Assembly (NCBI GenBank): GCA_013265495.1
Contig: MU058153.1
Coordinates: 1,366,001-1,430,000, forward strand
Direction of reading: 5' to 3'
Length of the DNA: 64,000 bases
Origin: Vicugna vicugna
Taxonomy: Eukaryota
Under the pieces are notes generated by a model. It had not been told where the DNA came from. It saw nothing but the letters and a program-made list of their open reading frames with translations, and searched no databases. Shown piece by piece: positions 1-12,685 of this stretch (its first letter is position 1; the number at the start of each line of letters is the position of its first letter). Both the position numbers and the translations under genes were made by a program.

Positions 1-1046
1 CTCTACAGTTCTCATTTAGTCAAACCATACAGTAATACCATACAGAAATTTTGCTGACACTGCGCAATAAAAATTATTCAAAGTGGGATAATGAATCATC
101 TTTGAGAATTATTTTTATCATGGTTTCTAATAATGTCCATGAGATCAGCTCCTGGAACCAGATTATTCTGCATCTGTTGCTCTGAAGCAAACTTGTAACA
201 TCAGGAACCTCCTTCTCTCTTTATAATCTAGCAGTCAGAAATATTATCAAGTTTTTTTCTATCAGACCCCCCCTAAATTTTATTTGTCATGAAGGTAACT
301 CTGAATTGATGAGATTTATGTATATTCTACGCAGACCTATGAAGAAAGCTTAGGCGATCTTAATTATTGCCCTAGAGTCATTTCCACGTTAAAAACCACT
401 TCTCAAATGGTTTCGTCATGACACTATTATCAAGTCTTCTGAGGAATAAGATTAGTAGTGGGCATGCAAGCTGAGTGCTTTTCCTTACTTCATTTCCGTT
501 ATGATTTTGATCATGTTGGTTGCTACTATTGGATTATTGCAAATCAAAATTAGTTTAAAACTATACTGTCTTTCAGAAGTTAGTAGCAGGTACTCAGCAA
601 AATTAGTTTCTTGAAATGTTCTATAAAAGTGAAAAAGGGGAGGAGGGACTTTTGTAGTAAATTAAGTTTGATAAATTCTCCATATATTAGCTTACTTCAT
701 GGAGAGCCACCATGCATAAAATCAAAGTCTCTGAAATGCCCTATAAAAGTGGGATCTGATTAACTCTATTTAGTGCAATGATTCCAAAACATATTTGACT
801 ATAGAACCTTTTTTTTTTTACATTAAACTTTAGAACATGTTCTTTGGAGACCTTGGTTAAATCTTTATGATAAAAAGAAGTCAAGTTTCCAAATAGCCAC
901 AAGTTCGTATGGAACATATAATCAATAGTTACGTTGCACTAGCTCTGTTTAAAAATAATTTTTAAAAGACTTTTAAAAATATCAACTGCAGGCATGTAAA
1001 ATGAGTATTATAGGGTTTAAGAGTAGAAAATATAAAACAAGATTTC

Positions 1047-1189
1047 AGGGGAGAGGGTATAGCTCAGTGGTAGAGCATATGCTTAGTATGCACGAAGTCC
1101 TGGGATCAATCCCTAGTACCTCCATTAAAATAAGTAAGTAAGTAAATAAACCTAATTACCTCCCCCTAAACAAACAAAAAGAGAGAGAA
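1047..1189 (+). mobile_element. tRNA-derived camelid SINE (vic-1 type)
   Basis: A box TAGCTCAGTGG, degenerate B box GGATCAATCC, CCTAATTACCTCCCC segment and A-rich tail. 13-bp TSD AAAACAAGATTTC at 1034-1046 and 1190-1202. Confidence 0.9.
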
Positions 1190-1886
1190 AAAACAAGATT
1201 TCTATAGTTTGATGAATTTTTCAGCTTTAGGAAGGTTTCAGTTGTAGAGTATCTGTGAAGAATTATACTTAATTCTGGCTGAACTGAAGAAACATGGTGC
1301 TTCAAATTAAAGTGCTTCTTTGGAAGAAGTAAACAGGATGGTGAATATTCTGTAAGTTTTGTTATATGATTAATTAACGAAAACATCTAGGAATCAAAAA
1401 CATTGACACGAGACGACTTGGGCTGCCATTTTATTGTCTTCAAAGCTACTGTAATGGCTTCGTCACTGATATATTAGCTTTCATTCTTCATTCTTTTCCT
1501 AACTCAGCCTTTACACAAGAGCTAGAGTGATTACTTCCAAATATAAATGATATTGTGTCATCTCTGTATTGAAAATCCACAATCCTGACCATGGTCTGTA
1601 AAGTCTTACTAGTCTGTATCCTGGTTGCCTTTGAATTCATTTTCTACTCAACTCAAAACCACAATGGTTTTCTCGTGAGATTTCCAAAACTCCTACATTA
1701 GTCTTTGATCTTGTGATTCCCTTTGCCTAGAGGACTCTTTCAATAGCTATGCCTGTGTCTCTCCTCTGCATTTACTCCTCCTAAATGAGAACTTTCCTGA
1801 CTGCTCTTCCCCACTCTCTCCTCTCTTTTACTGCATCACTTTTCTACTCAGCACATAATATTGGCTGATACGATGTGATACACTTG

Positions 1887-2934
1887 CAGGCAGAAATATT
1901 ATGGTTTAGTTCTGACCACCACAATACAGGGAATATCACATTGTATCAAGTCACACAGATTTCTCCTTTCCCAGGGCATATAAAAGTTATGGTTACACTT
2001 TCCTGTAGCCTATTGAAATGTTGCATAAAAATGTGTTACAGCTCAGTTGCGACAACAACCTGGATCCAGGCGAGAGACCGAGCAGCACTCAGAAAGTTGG
2101 AGAACTCAAGTTTATTATGCCATCGTGCCCAGAGTAGTTAACACTTAAAGCTCTGGGCACCCCATCCGTAGGTTTACACAGGCCTTTAATAGGCTGCCAG
2201 TTTTACACTTTGCAACATCATATGCAAATAAAGTACAACAGAAATTGACCAACCAGGAACAAGCTTTGTAGAAATAGCCCAATCAGGAGTGAGGTCCATG
2301 CAAATGAAGTACTACAAATGGACCAATCAGAAGTTAGGGAAGTGGACCAATCAGAAGTGAGAGTAATAACCAATCAGAAGTGAGAGTAATAACCAATCAG
2401 GAGTGAAGGAAAGTGAGTTTAGGGAACCAATAGAATTCTAGGTGTAAGTTAGCCACTTTAGAGGCGAAGAGTGAGATAAAGCCTCTGAGCCAGGGAACCG
2501 GACGCTAGTGGGAGGAGAGCAGCAGCCCTGCCTAGGGGTCCTGCTGGTCTTTTTATGGGGCTTCCTGCCTCAAAATGTGCAATAGAATTATATTTTTTTA
2601 AAGTAAAAACAAAAAACAAAAAACAATGTATATACCTTAACTATAATATACTTTATTGCTAAAAAATTTTGACCATCATCTGAGCCTTTGGTGAGTTTTA
2701 GGAGGAACATCAAAGATCACTGATCACCATAACAAATACAATAAAAAATTTAAATGTTTGAAATATTGCAAGAATTACCTAATGTGACACAGAGATGTGA
2801 AGTGAGTAAATGCTATCGGGAAAACAGTGCCATAGACTTGCTCAACACAGAGCTGCCACAAACCTTCAATTGGTAAAAAAAGAAATCTCTGCAAAACACT
2901 ATACACAAAGCACAATAAAATGAGATATGCCTGC
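1887..2934 (-). mobile_element. Internally deleted Tigger1-type DNA transposon, split by an LTR
   Basis: Ends CAGGCA.../...ATATGCCTG. Tigger1-like body (CATCAAAGATCACTGATCACC, TGTGACACAGAGA, CCACAAACCTTCAATT). Confidence 0.85.
2034..2572 (-). mobile_element. Solo ERV LTR inserted in the Tigger1 derivative
   Basis: TG...CA ends and 5-bp TSD AAATG (2029-2033, 2573-2577). Minus-strand AATAAA near 2112. Clustered CCAAT motifs. Confidence 0.85.
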
Positions 2935-3347
2935 ATTTGTTTACCTATTCTCTTCATATTAATGGAAGTGATGCTAAATGCTATAAAAGATAAATTGTGT
3001 TATTTTTAGCAGCATGGTAAAAGAGAAGATAGTTTTCCTATGTGTAGAAAGTTTGAATGTCATTGGCAGCAGGGATATGGGACTGGGAATCTGCCCCACA
3101 GAGTCATTCAAGAAGAAAGGCTGACATGTTTGACCTGTGGCTTTCAGGTTCATCCTGCATCTCCGTAGAGCCAGCAGGCAATGGAAGAGTGGTTGGTATG
3201 TGGGAACTATTGATGAGCCAGACCTGAAAATAGTACACATCACTGCCTTTTACATTCCTTTTGCTGGAACTCAGCCCTGTGGACACATATGACTGTAGGA
3301 AATATTAGGGTATGTACTTCACCTGTCAGTCGAGAAGGAAGAGTAGA

Positions 3348-3493
3348 TCTCATCACAAGAAGAAAAAATTGTTAACTATGTGGTGATGGATGTTAACTAG
3401 ACATTGCATTGATTCTTTCACAATCATATATCATTATATTGTATACCTAAAACTAATTATGTCAATTATATCTTAAATAAATAAATGATTAAA
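3348..3493 (+). mobile_element. Short L1 3'-end fragment
   Basis: GTGATGGATGTTAACTAG...TATGTCAATTATATCT..AATAA. 15-bp TSD AGAAGGAAGAGTAGA at 3333-3347 and 4272-4286. Confidence 0.8.
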
Positions 3494-3502
3494 TAAGATT
3501 TT

Positions 3503-4259
3503 CTTTTATTAAAGTATAGTTGATTTGTAAGGTTGTGTTAGTTTCAGGTGTACAGCAAGTAATCCAGTTATACATATACATACATATATATGTATATTCC
3601 TTTTCAGATTCTTGGTTCCATTATAGGTTATTACAAGATATTGAATACAGTTCCTTATGCTATACAGTATGTCCTTGATGTTTATCTATTTTATATATAT
3701 ATATATAGTAGTGTATATATGTTAATCCTAGACTCCTGGTATATCCCTTCCCCCTACTCCATTCTCCTTTGATAACCATAATTTTTTTACATGTCAATTT
3801 CTGGTTTGTGAATAAGTTCATATGTACCATTTTTTTAGATTATACATAAAAGTGGTATATTAGGGTATTTGTCTTTCTCTGTCTGACTTAATTCACTTAA
3901 TATAATAATCTCTAAGTCTATTTATGTTGCTGCAAATTGCATTATTTCATTCTTTTTTATGACTGAGTAATATTTTATTGGGTATTTTAACAGCACACCT
4001 TCTTTATCCAGTCATCTGTCAATGGACATTTAGGTTGCTTCCATGACTTGGCTATTGTAAATAGTGCTGCTATTAACATTGGGTTGTACGTATTTTTCAA
4101 ATTAGAGTGTTATCCACATACGTGCCCAGGAGTGGGATTGCTGGATCATATGGTAACTCTGCTTTTAGTTTTTAAGGAACCTCCATATTGTTCTTCACAG
4201 TGGCTGCACCATTTGTTGACATTCCCACCAACAGTGTAGGAGGGTTCCTTTTTCTCCAG
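3503..4259 (-). mobile_element. 5'-truncated L1 (3'UTR and end of ORF2)
   Basis: Typical L1 3' antisense sequence. 9-bp TSD TAAGATTTT at 3494-3502 and 4260-4268. Confidence 0.9.
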
Positions 4260-4344
4260 TAAGATTTTTAAAGAAGGAAGAGTAGAGAGGTTTGGTGAAT
4301 AACAACCAAGGTTCTATTACATATTTCAAATCTGAAGGTAAATT

Positions 4345-4690
4345 TCATAAGGCAGGGATTTTGATTAGATTACTACTGTATCCCCATTACCAAGGACAGT
4401 ACCTGGTACATATTACCTACTCAACTAAAAATAAATAAATAGAAACATCATAATTATTTCAGGCTTCGTATGTGTCAGGCTCAGGTCTGTGTGCTTAACA
4501 TAAAATATTTTGCAAAATGACCATATATGGTAGGTGTCATTACTGTCACATTTTACAATTGAAGTTAATGAGGCACAGAGATCACGGAAAAACTTTCCTG
4601 AAGTCAAAGAGACAGTCAAAGTCTGAGGAGAGATTGGAATTCAGTTTGTCTGGATCTAAAACTCATGTTCTTAACTGCTTTGTACAGTGA
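4345..4690. mobile_element. L2 3' fragment plus MIR
   Basis: GGCAGGGATTTTG...TGTATCCCCA (L2). ATTTTACAATTGAAGTTAATGAGGCACAGAGA (MIR core). Confidence 0.65.
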
Positions 4691-6169
4691 GACTCTAGCT
4701 ATTTATTGAGTAAATAATTACATAAGTAAGAAATTTCAGAAGTTGAGCACATCCATTGTATTTGGGATGGGCACACTTACAAAAAATAAACTTCTCCTTG
4801 CTGCCAGTGTGTTATCAGGGGCAGGATGACATCATATAAGGAGAATGAGAGATTCCCTGCCTGTGTAGACATCTGAACTCAGCACATCCAACAGTTACCC
4901 TGACTATAAAATCTAAGATTTTCTACTTTCACTTTCTGGTCATGTAATACATTTTTCATGCTGTAGCAAAGTAAATACAATTAGAATCTCTTACATTTCT
5001 ATTAAAAGTCTTAATCTTTTTTTTTTGATTGTTTATTGGGAACGATGCTTGAAAAGCCCTTTACTAAGAAAGTCCACCTTCTGTTACACATCCTAATAAG
5101 AGAAGACGTATGTATAGGGTTTATATAGACTAAAAAAGAAATGTTAAGCCTAAATTCTAATTCAGAAATTGATTTCTGTGCTATGCCTTTAAATGTCATT
5201 CACAAAAAGCCACCTCCTTCTTTATATAATACAAATATATGTAAAGTGATCCTCTAGCACAGACACACAGTTCACATTCTGACTTCTGTGTTCATGGTAA
5301 TGGTTTCTGCACCTAAAAATATGTAACACAGGAAACAGGAACAATTATGAGACACTACAATGTATAAAACTTTTCCATTTAAAATGTCCCTGGATTTTTT
5401 ATATATTTAAAAAGTAAACATAAAGCATGTTATTTATGAATGAAAAATCTATAGTTGCCCAGTTATTTTAAAAGTTATAAATACATAGGATGTGAATCAT
5501 TCAGATATAGGTTAACTAACAATTCTCAGAGAACACTGATGATGACCAGTGTTGAATGGTTTCAGTGACTTCAGTGATTTCCAGTGGCCAAAACATTGTT
5601 ATCTTGTTTGTTGTGGCTTTGATTTCTTGTTTTGTTGTTTTTGTTCTTGTTGTTTTTCTGCCATAATTTTGCTTGGAATAGGAAATGTAGAAGGAATTTG
5701 GACCATTGAATTATATGAATTAATATAGAGCCTTTGAACATTTTGAGTCTGAAAAAAATACATAATTCTTTCAAAACTGAAGGGAGAAGAAAAGTACTTC
5801 CACTAGGAATGTCAAAGGATTGTCATTGCCAAGACGTAATTTCCATTTAGGAAATGAACCATAATAGTGAAGAGTGAGCTCAGAGTAAATGTTGTAGACA
5901 GTGCTTTCAGATTACATCTTCCTGAATTATAGCTGGTGATCTGTAACAGTGAAGAAAATGAAGGAAAAAAATTAAAAAGAAAAGAAAGAGATGAAAGAAG
6001 GGATGGAGGGAGGAAGAAACAGAGAATGAGAAAAAGAAATAAAATGAAAAATTGAGATAGATTCCACCAACTAAGTTGATGCTTTATCATACTTCCCTTT
6101 CTGCTGACGGGCTGGCTTGCTTCTTTATGTGTATTTACACCCATGTATGTACATCTGTGTATATAGGCA

Positions 6170-7979
6170 CATATCTGGTGTCATATCCAAAAAATTGTTG
6201 CCAAGACCAATGTCAAAGAACTTTTTTCCCTGTGTGTTCTTCTAGGAGTTTTATGGTTTTGCTTCTTACATTTAAGTCTTTAATCCATTTCAAGTTATTT
6301 TTCTGACTGGTGTAACGAATGGATCCAGTTTTATTCTTTTGTATGTAAATATCCTGTATTAGCAACAACATTTATTAAAAAGACTATCTTTTCCCCATTG
6401 AGTAGTCATGACTCCCTCATCAAATATCAGTTAACTGAATATGCATAGGTTTATTTCTGGGCTCTCTAGTCTATGCCATTGGTCTATGTGTTTCTTTTTA
6501 TGCCAGTACCATACTGTTTTGTTATATAGCTTTGAAATATAGTTTTAAATAAGGACGTCCTCCTGGCTGTTTCTGAAGATTTTCTTAGCTATTGGAGGTC
6601 TTTATGGTTCCATACTAATTTAACTTTTTTAAGTCTATAAAAATACCATTAAAATTTTGATAAGGATTACATTGAAACTATAAATAGCTTTAAATCTATA
6701 TAAGCTAGTATACTGGTATATGTCCAGTGTACTAGTACATATCTAGTACAGACATTTTAACAATACTAATTATGATCCATGAATATTGGATATCTTTCAT
6801 TTATTTGTGTGTTCTTCAATTTCTTTCAGCTATATCTTATAGTTTTCAGTTAGATCTTTTAATTCTTTGATTAAATTTATTCCTAAGTATTTTATTATTT
6901 TTGATGCTGTTGTAAATGGGATTGTTTTCCTTATTTCTTTTTCAGATATGTTATTGTTAGTGTATAGAAATATAACTAATTTTGTATGCTCATTCTGTAT
7001 CCTGCAACTTTACTGAATTAATTTATTAGTTCTAACAGCTTTTTGGTGGAATTCATAGGGTTTTTATATATAAATCACATCATAAGCAGAGACAATTTTG
7101 CTTCCTCCTTTCCGATTCAGATGACTTTTGTTTCTTGTATTTGCCTAATTTCTCTGGCTGGGACATCTAGTAGTATGTTTAAAAAGAGTGATGAGAGTGG
7201 GCACCCTTGTCTTGTTCCCGATTTTAGAAGAAAATATTTAAGCTTTTCACCATTGAGTATGATGCTAACTGTGGGTTTCACACACATGGCCTTTATTATG
7301 TTAAGGTATGTTCCTTCTATACCCAATTTGTTGAGAACTTTTATCATGAAAGGGTGTTGAATCTTATCACCTTTTCTGCATTTGTTGAAAGGATGACATG
7401 ATTTTTATCCTTCATTCTATAATATGGTTTATCATGTGTACTGGTTAGTGTATGTTGAACCATCCTTGCATTTCAGAAATGAACTCTGCCTGATCATGAT
7501 ATATGATCCTTTTAGAGTGCTATTGAATTGATTTGCTAGAATCTTTTTGAGAATTTTTGTATCTATATTCATCAAGGATATTGTCCTGTAGTTTTCTTTT
7601 CTTGTGGTGTCTTTATCTGGCTTATATATCAGGGTAATGCTGGCCACACAAAATGATTTTGGGAATGTTCCCTCCCCTTCAGTTCTTTAGACATGTTTGA
7701 GAAGGACTGATGTTAATTCTTGTTTGAAAGTTTGTTGAAATTCACCAGTAGAGTCATTTGGTCTGGGCTTTCCTTTATTGTGAAAGTTTTGATGACTTCT
7801 TCAATCTCCTTAATTCTTGTTCATCTGTTCAAATTTTCTGTTTCTTTGTGATTCAACCTTGGTAGGTTGTACATTTCTAGGAATTCATTTATTCTATGTT
7901 CTCCAATTTTTGACCTATAATTGTTCATAGCAATCTCTTAGAATCCTTTATATTTATGTGGTGTCATTTGTAATGTCTC
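6170..7979 (-). mobile_element. Decayed L1 ORF2 (reverse transcriptase region)
   Basis: ORF fragments 7117-7347 ([11 protein letters not shown]) and 7432-7647 ([38 protein letters not shown]) are L1 RT motifs. Confidence 0.95.
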
Positions 7980-8807
7980 CTGCCAGGCCTCTGAGCAAAC
8001 TGGACTTGTTTCTGACAATGAGTATAGGGCTCAGGATTTCCAGAAGCACAGATGGGAATTACTCCTGCTGCCAGACTGGCTGACTGTAGCCGTTAAGAAT
8101 CTGGCTCAGCATACAGGGACCTTTTAGGATCTCTGGGGGTACAGATAGGAGGTTCTCTTGCTTTATCCCTGTGTCCAGCTTATGGGTCTGTGGCTCAGCA
8201 GGTGTTGATGCCTAGTTAAGGCCCTTTCAGGATCTCTGCAGGCACAGACAGGAGTGTTTCCTGCATGGTCCGTCTGTCAGAAAGAATATTCACAGACTGT
8301 GTTTGGGACAGGACTGAAGCCCAGTTACAGGGCATTTTCATAATCTACAATCTGATTGAATTTGGTGGACTTACCTCCAGGGACTCCCAGATTGTAGCCA
8401 AGAAGGTCTGAATTTGGCTCATGGGACACTTCAAGGACCATGGCCAGGACCAATGTCCATATGTCTATTTCTGATGCATGGGTGGACATGATTTTTCCCA
8501 GTCCCTTGGTGTATGGTGCTGGTGATGGATCCAAAGCCAAATGGGGCTGTAACCAAGTTCTCAGGGGTTCAGAGCTATTTATGGTGTCTGTAGCCAGGAC
8601 CATGGTTAGTGAGTCAGCTGCCTTTATGCAAGCCTGACTGGCTCTCCGTGGTCTTGGAATTCCCTGGGATTTCACAGTTTCCTCCTGAATTCCAGAGCTC
8701 CCATGAAGACACTTTTGTCTGTGGATGGATGCCAAGTCATCGTTGCTAAGGGGGGAATGTGTGCAAGGGATGTCTTATTGGCCATTTTGCTGATGTCACG
8801 TTCCTCC
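7980..8807 (-). mobile_element. L1 5'UTR (old L1M type) abutting the ORF2 segment
   Basis: Minus strand starts GGAGGAACGTGACATCAGCAAAATGGCC, a YY1-like motif typical of L1 5' ends. More GC-rich than the ORF2 segment. Confidence 0.6.
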
Positions 8808-8921
8808 GCACCTCTTGATTTTGAATTTCTGGACTCCAAAACTGTGAGAGAATAAATTTCGATTCTTCAGAGCCATCCCATTTGTGGTACTGTGTTATAG
8901 CAGTCGTAGGAAGATAATACA
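8808..8921 (+). mobile_element. MLT1 LTR 3' end
   Basis: CTCCAAAACTGTGAGAGAATAAATTTC...TTTGTGGTACTGTGTTATAGCAG...AATACA. Confidence 0.8.
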
Positions 8922-10554
8922 CTGCTAAAGTGTATTTGATTTTTAAAGGTTGCTTATGTAGAGAAAGCCCCATCAGAAAAACTAGAAAAAATGCTTCTCC
9001 AGTGTGTATTTATACGTTATGGCACTTGGACCAGTGCGAGCCATCCCATCTCAAACTCTACCACAGAAGCAACTGCAATTCATGTATATTCATAATTCAA
9101 CTGCTTCTTCTGCTTTAAGTGAATACCAAACTGGCATAACTCATTGGATTCGGAGAATGACACTATATTAAGTAAGAAAGTAACTACCAAGTGGCTGTGC
9201 AGCCAGCCTATCCTTGAATACTCAGATGACAATAAACTCACTACTTTTTTTAAGGCAGTCTATTCCACCCTTGAATAGTTTTCACGGCTTAGACACTTAT
9301 TTTTATGTTGAGCAGAAATTGCATTTCCTGTCGTTACCACTTCTGGGTCTTGTTCTGTGCCTCGAAGCACACCAAACAGTTTTAATTGCACTTTATCAGA
9401 ACAACCCAGGAAGGCTGATTCATGGCCAGTGTCCTCCAAGTCTGTTTGCTTTCTGTGGACTCCATACCCTCCTAGCCTTCAAGCGTGGCTCACGTGACGT
9501 GGTTGCAGTGGACAGCACCGTTCCAGTCGCTCCCCTCATCTTGTTTACAGTAACCATGTGCGCTGGCATTTCAGCTCCACGCCTTTTTGCTGCCAGTCAG
9601 CACAGTGCGGGCTTTGTTCTCCCAGGACATCCCTGCCTGGCCAGCTCACCCAAGTAAAACAAGGTTTAATTAAACCTTAATGTTGCACTCGGCTCTTACC
9701 GAACTGTTATTTTACTTCCTTGAGCTATTAGCAGAATACATAATGAGAGCGGATGGAGCGCAGAGTCAGCCTCACTCACACAGGGTAGCATTCTGTCATC
9801 AGTAAGAGTCTCCTTTTACTGAGCTTACTTTTTGGCTCATCACAGAGGTCTCAATTTTTCCTCGCAAAGAGACATACTTGTAGCAATGTTGAGACACATT
9901 TGTAGCAATGTTCGTTCTTTCTGAGTTATGAAAGTGGCATTAAAAAATATCTTAAAATACCTGAAGATTTCTGAATGAAAAGAAGCTTTATTTAGTGCAA
10001 AAGTTTGGAGGGGGGAGTTTCCCCCACATGCTGCTATGACCCAGTTACCTCTGTCACATTCATGAATTGTCTGAATGGAAACTACTCATCTTCCAAGACT
10101 CCAAAAGCTAAATAGCCCATAAAATATTCCACATTTGAACTGATAACAATTTCTCTCCTGCTTTTAATTTATGACAGAAGTAATCATCCCAGTTATTAAA
10201 TCTCCAGGGAAAAAAATAAACCAAAAAGTGATACCACCTAGGGATCCCTGAAATTACCAATTTTTTCAACCTGGTCATAAATCCTCAGAAAACCTCAACT
10301 GTTAAACGTTGATCCAATGAGAGTTATTTCAATAGTTGACTCTTATTGTCTGCCTTACAGAAGTACAAGAAAAAATGTGATTACATGGTTTGATAAACAC
10401 ATGTAACTTGTCAACTACTTTTGTTGTCTCTAATAGCTAAAGAAAAATATGAAAAAATATCACAACATGTAGACTTCTTGTACTGTATCATTGAACTGAT
10501 AATGATGTGAGTGTATCTTTTTGGCAATTCACCTCTTGCTTTCTTAACCTTTTT

Positions 10555-10557
<3 letters not shown>

Positions 10558-10608
<51 letters not shown>
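10558..10608. repeat. (AAT)17 microsatellite
   Basis: Perfect trinucleotide run read directly. Confidence 0.97.
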
Positions 10609-10610
<2 letters not shown>

Positions 10611-11879
10611 TGATGTGCTCTGTTTATTTTGAGGTAAAAACCAAAGAGCCTAAAAGACTTGCTAGATAGATTGTCACGTTAAATAAGAATAGTTTAAAGG
10701 AGCTACATTGTATTAACTCCACTTTAGATGAAATGTTGCGACACAGAATGTTGAGAGGTCACTATTCAAAGATGCACAGGCCATGGAAAAGTAAAATATC
10801 AAGTTTGCGTATAAATGATCTCATTTTAGTTCTTCCTATGCAATCTGAATTATTTTAAAATGTATGTAAAAATACTTCAATTTGGATAGTCTGTGTATAC
10901 ACCTAGCTAGTATCTATATTATGTGCTTTTTAACATGTGTAAAGATCATGAAATTTTATATATATATATATATAATATATATATATAAAATGATTGAGCC
11001 CATTCTTTAAAAAATGAATCTCAAATACCTTCACGTTTAGAATTGGAAGTATAAAATGAAAATAAAATCTGATATTCTAAAGGATGTAAAGTTTTCATAG
11101 CTCAAATATAAAAGCAATCGACTTTATTATTTGCTTAATCCTTAATTTTTTACAATAGTCCCAGAGTTAATATAGATTGCAGTGAAGTCAATTTTCTAAA
11201 TTGCATTTGAGATATATTTTGTTGGTGCTTAACAGACTGAATGTCTAGGAGACATACAAGCAAAGTAAAGCGGACTTATATAAGGCTCATCTCCAATTCT
11301 TGGCTAATTTATAGGAAATGTTTATTAAATGAATCGCTGACCAACAGACTGACAGATGGACTGACTAACTGACTAAATCAATGACTATGAAAATATATTG
11401 ATGCATTGAGCTGAGAGGCAAGAATTATGTTGAAGCACTGGAGCTTTTGATGAGTATTATCTTCTTAATGATGGCAGATAAAGATAGAAGCCCTCTTCTC
11501 GGTCATTCATTTTCTGCAAGGGAACAGTGAGGCTCAATGAGTCTGAAATAAATCTGAAACGCTGACACTTCTCGTACGGTTCTTTCTACTTATGCATGGG
11601 AAAGAGGCCTTCCTGTGTGAACAAGACACCTCCTGTAATCCCAAAGAGCATGTGCCCTCCACACGCAGTCTCTGTTGACAGCCCTGGGGTGGGAGTCAGG
11701 GACTTTCTGCATGGATCCATGGGGAAGTCAACAGAAGCCTTATAATGCCTCCCTCTGCCATTGCTATAGACACCCCTTAGCAGCAAGACTGAATCTCAGC
11801 CCTGCAGCCCAGACCCTTTCCAGCAGCCACATTCAGCAAGGTTTGCCATCAGTTGCCCCAAACCTGGGAGTCTTCCCTT

Positions 11880-12300
11880 GTCCTATTTTTCATTCTCAGT
11901 CTACAAGCAAATCCTACTGGGCTTTCTTCCCCAAAAAATGTTTCAAAGTGCACATTTCTTACATCCATTTCTATCACTGGGTTTGAGCCTTTATCACTCT
12001 GGCCTGGACTCCTGCAATATTCCTCAACTTTCCTCCCTGCACTCAATCTGACCCTCAATGTCCATTTTCTACACGTCAGTTAATATCATCTTTAAAAAAT
12101 GTGAAACAGGTCAGTAGCGCTCTCTTCTTACATCTTACAGGATTCCTATTACACTGAGAACTCAATCCAAAAATCTTATCAGGAGCTAAAAGTCCCTGCA
12201 CTTTTTCTGTTTGTCTACCTCTCCAATTTCAGTTTTTAACAGTATCCTTCTTACCACACTCAGGGTGCAACAGTTTCCTGTTGGCTCCTTGGACATGTAA
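11880..12300 (+). mobile_element. L2 fragment
   Basis: Degenerate L2 3' region (AGCAAATCCTACTGG, ATCTTTAAAAAATGTGAAACAGGTCA). Confidence 0.55.
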
Positions 12301-12555
12301 ATATTGCAAGCGGATCTAAATTCCTTTGGTCCTGCACAATATACAGGCACTAGACTCTTTCTGGTAGATGGTAATAGGCAGAGAAGCCTGAGTGAAATAA
12401 GAATTAACTATACTCTCAGCACTAGGTAACAGTAAAGCAAAGTCACTGAGCTAATTTTGCCAAGCATGCAGATACTTACTAGACATACATGCTTGACTTA
12501 GTGAGTAGGCACAAAATAGTTCTGAAAATAAAGCAAAGCTCCATCTTTCTGTTCT

Positions 12556-12685
12556 TTTTTTTTTTTTTCCGGTGGGAGAGGTAATTAGGTTTTATTGTCT
12601 ATTTTTAGAGAAGGTACTGGGGATTAAACCCAGGACCTCGTGCATGCTAAGCATGCGCTCTGCCCCTTGAGCTATACTGCCCCCC
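12556..12685 (-). mobile_element. tRNA-derived camelid SINE (vic-1 type)
   Basis: Reverse-complement homolog of the SINE at 1047 with a poly-T tail. TSD CCATCTTT(C/T)TGTTCTTT at 12541 and 12686. Confidence 0.9.

Larger units (their letters stand above)
3130..4321 (-). mobile_element. Old MaLR LTR (MLT1J/K-like) interrupted by L1 insertions
   Basis: Motif CCAGACCTGAAAATAGTACACATCACTGCC...ACATTCC...GGAACTCAG; the element resumes after 4286. Confidence 0.6.

Noticed and set aside
1047..1125. Possible true tRNA gene (also 12610-12685 and 54088-54165)
   Set aside because: A-rich tails, TSDs and degenerate boxes indicate SINE retrocopies.
2330..2410. CRISPR-like repeat array
   Set aside because: Tandem CCAAT repeats inside a mammalian LTR, with no unique spacers and no cas genes.
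7043..7647. Reverse-transcriptase-like ORFs as a functional gene
   Set aside because: Frameshifted fragments of a dead L1 ORF2.
9214..9657. 147-aa ORF
   Set aside because: Starts at TTG, has no recognisable homology, and I found no convincing splice framework.
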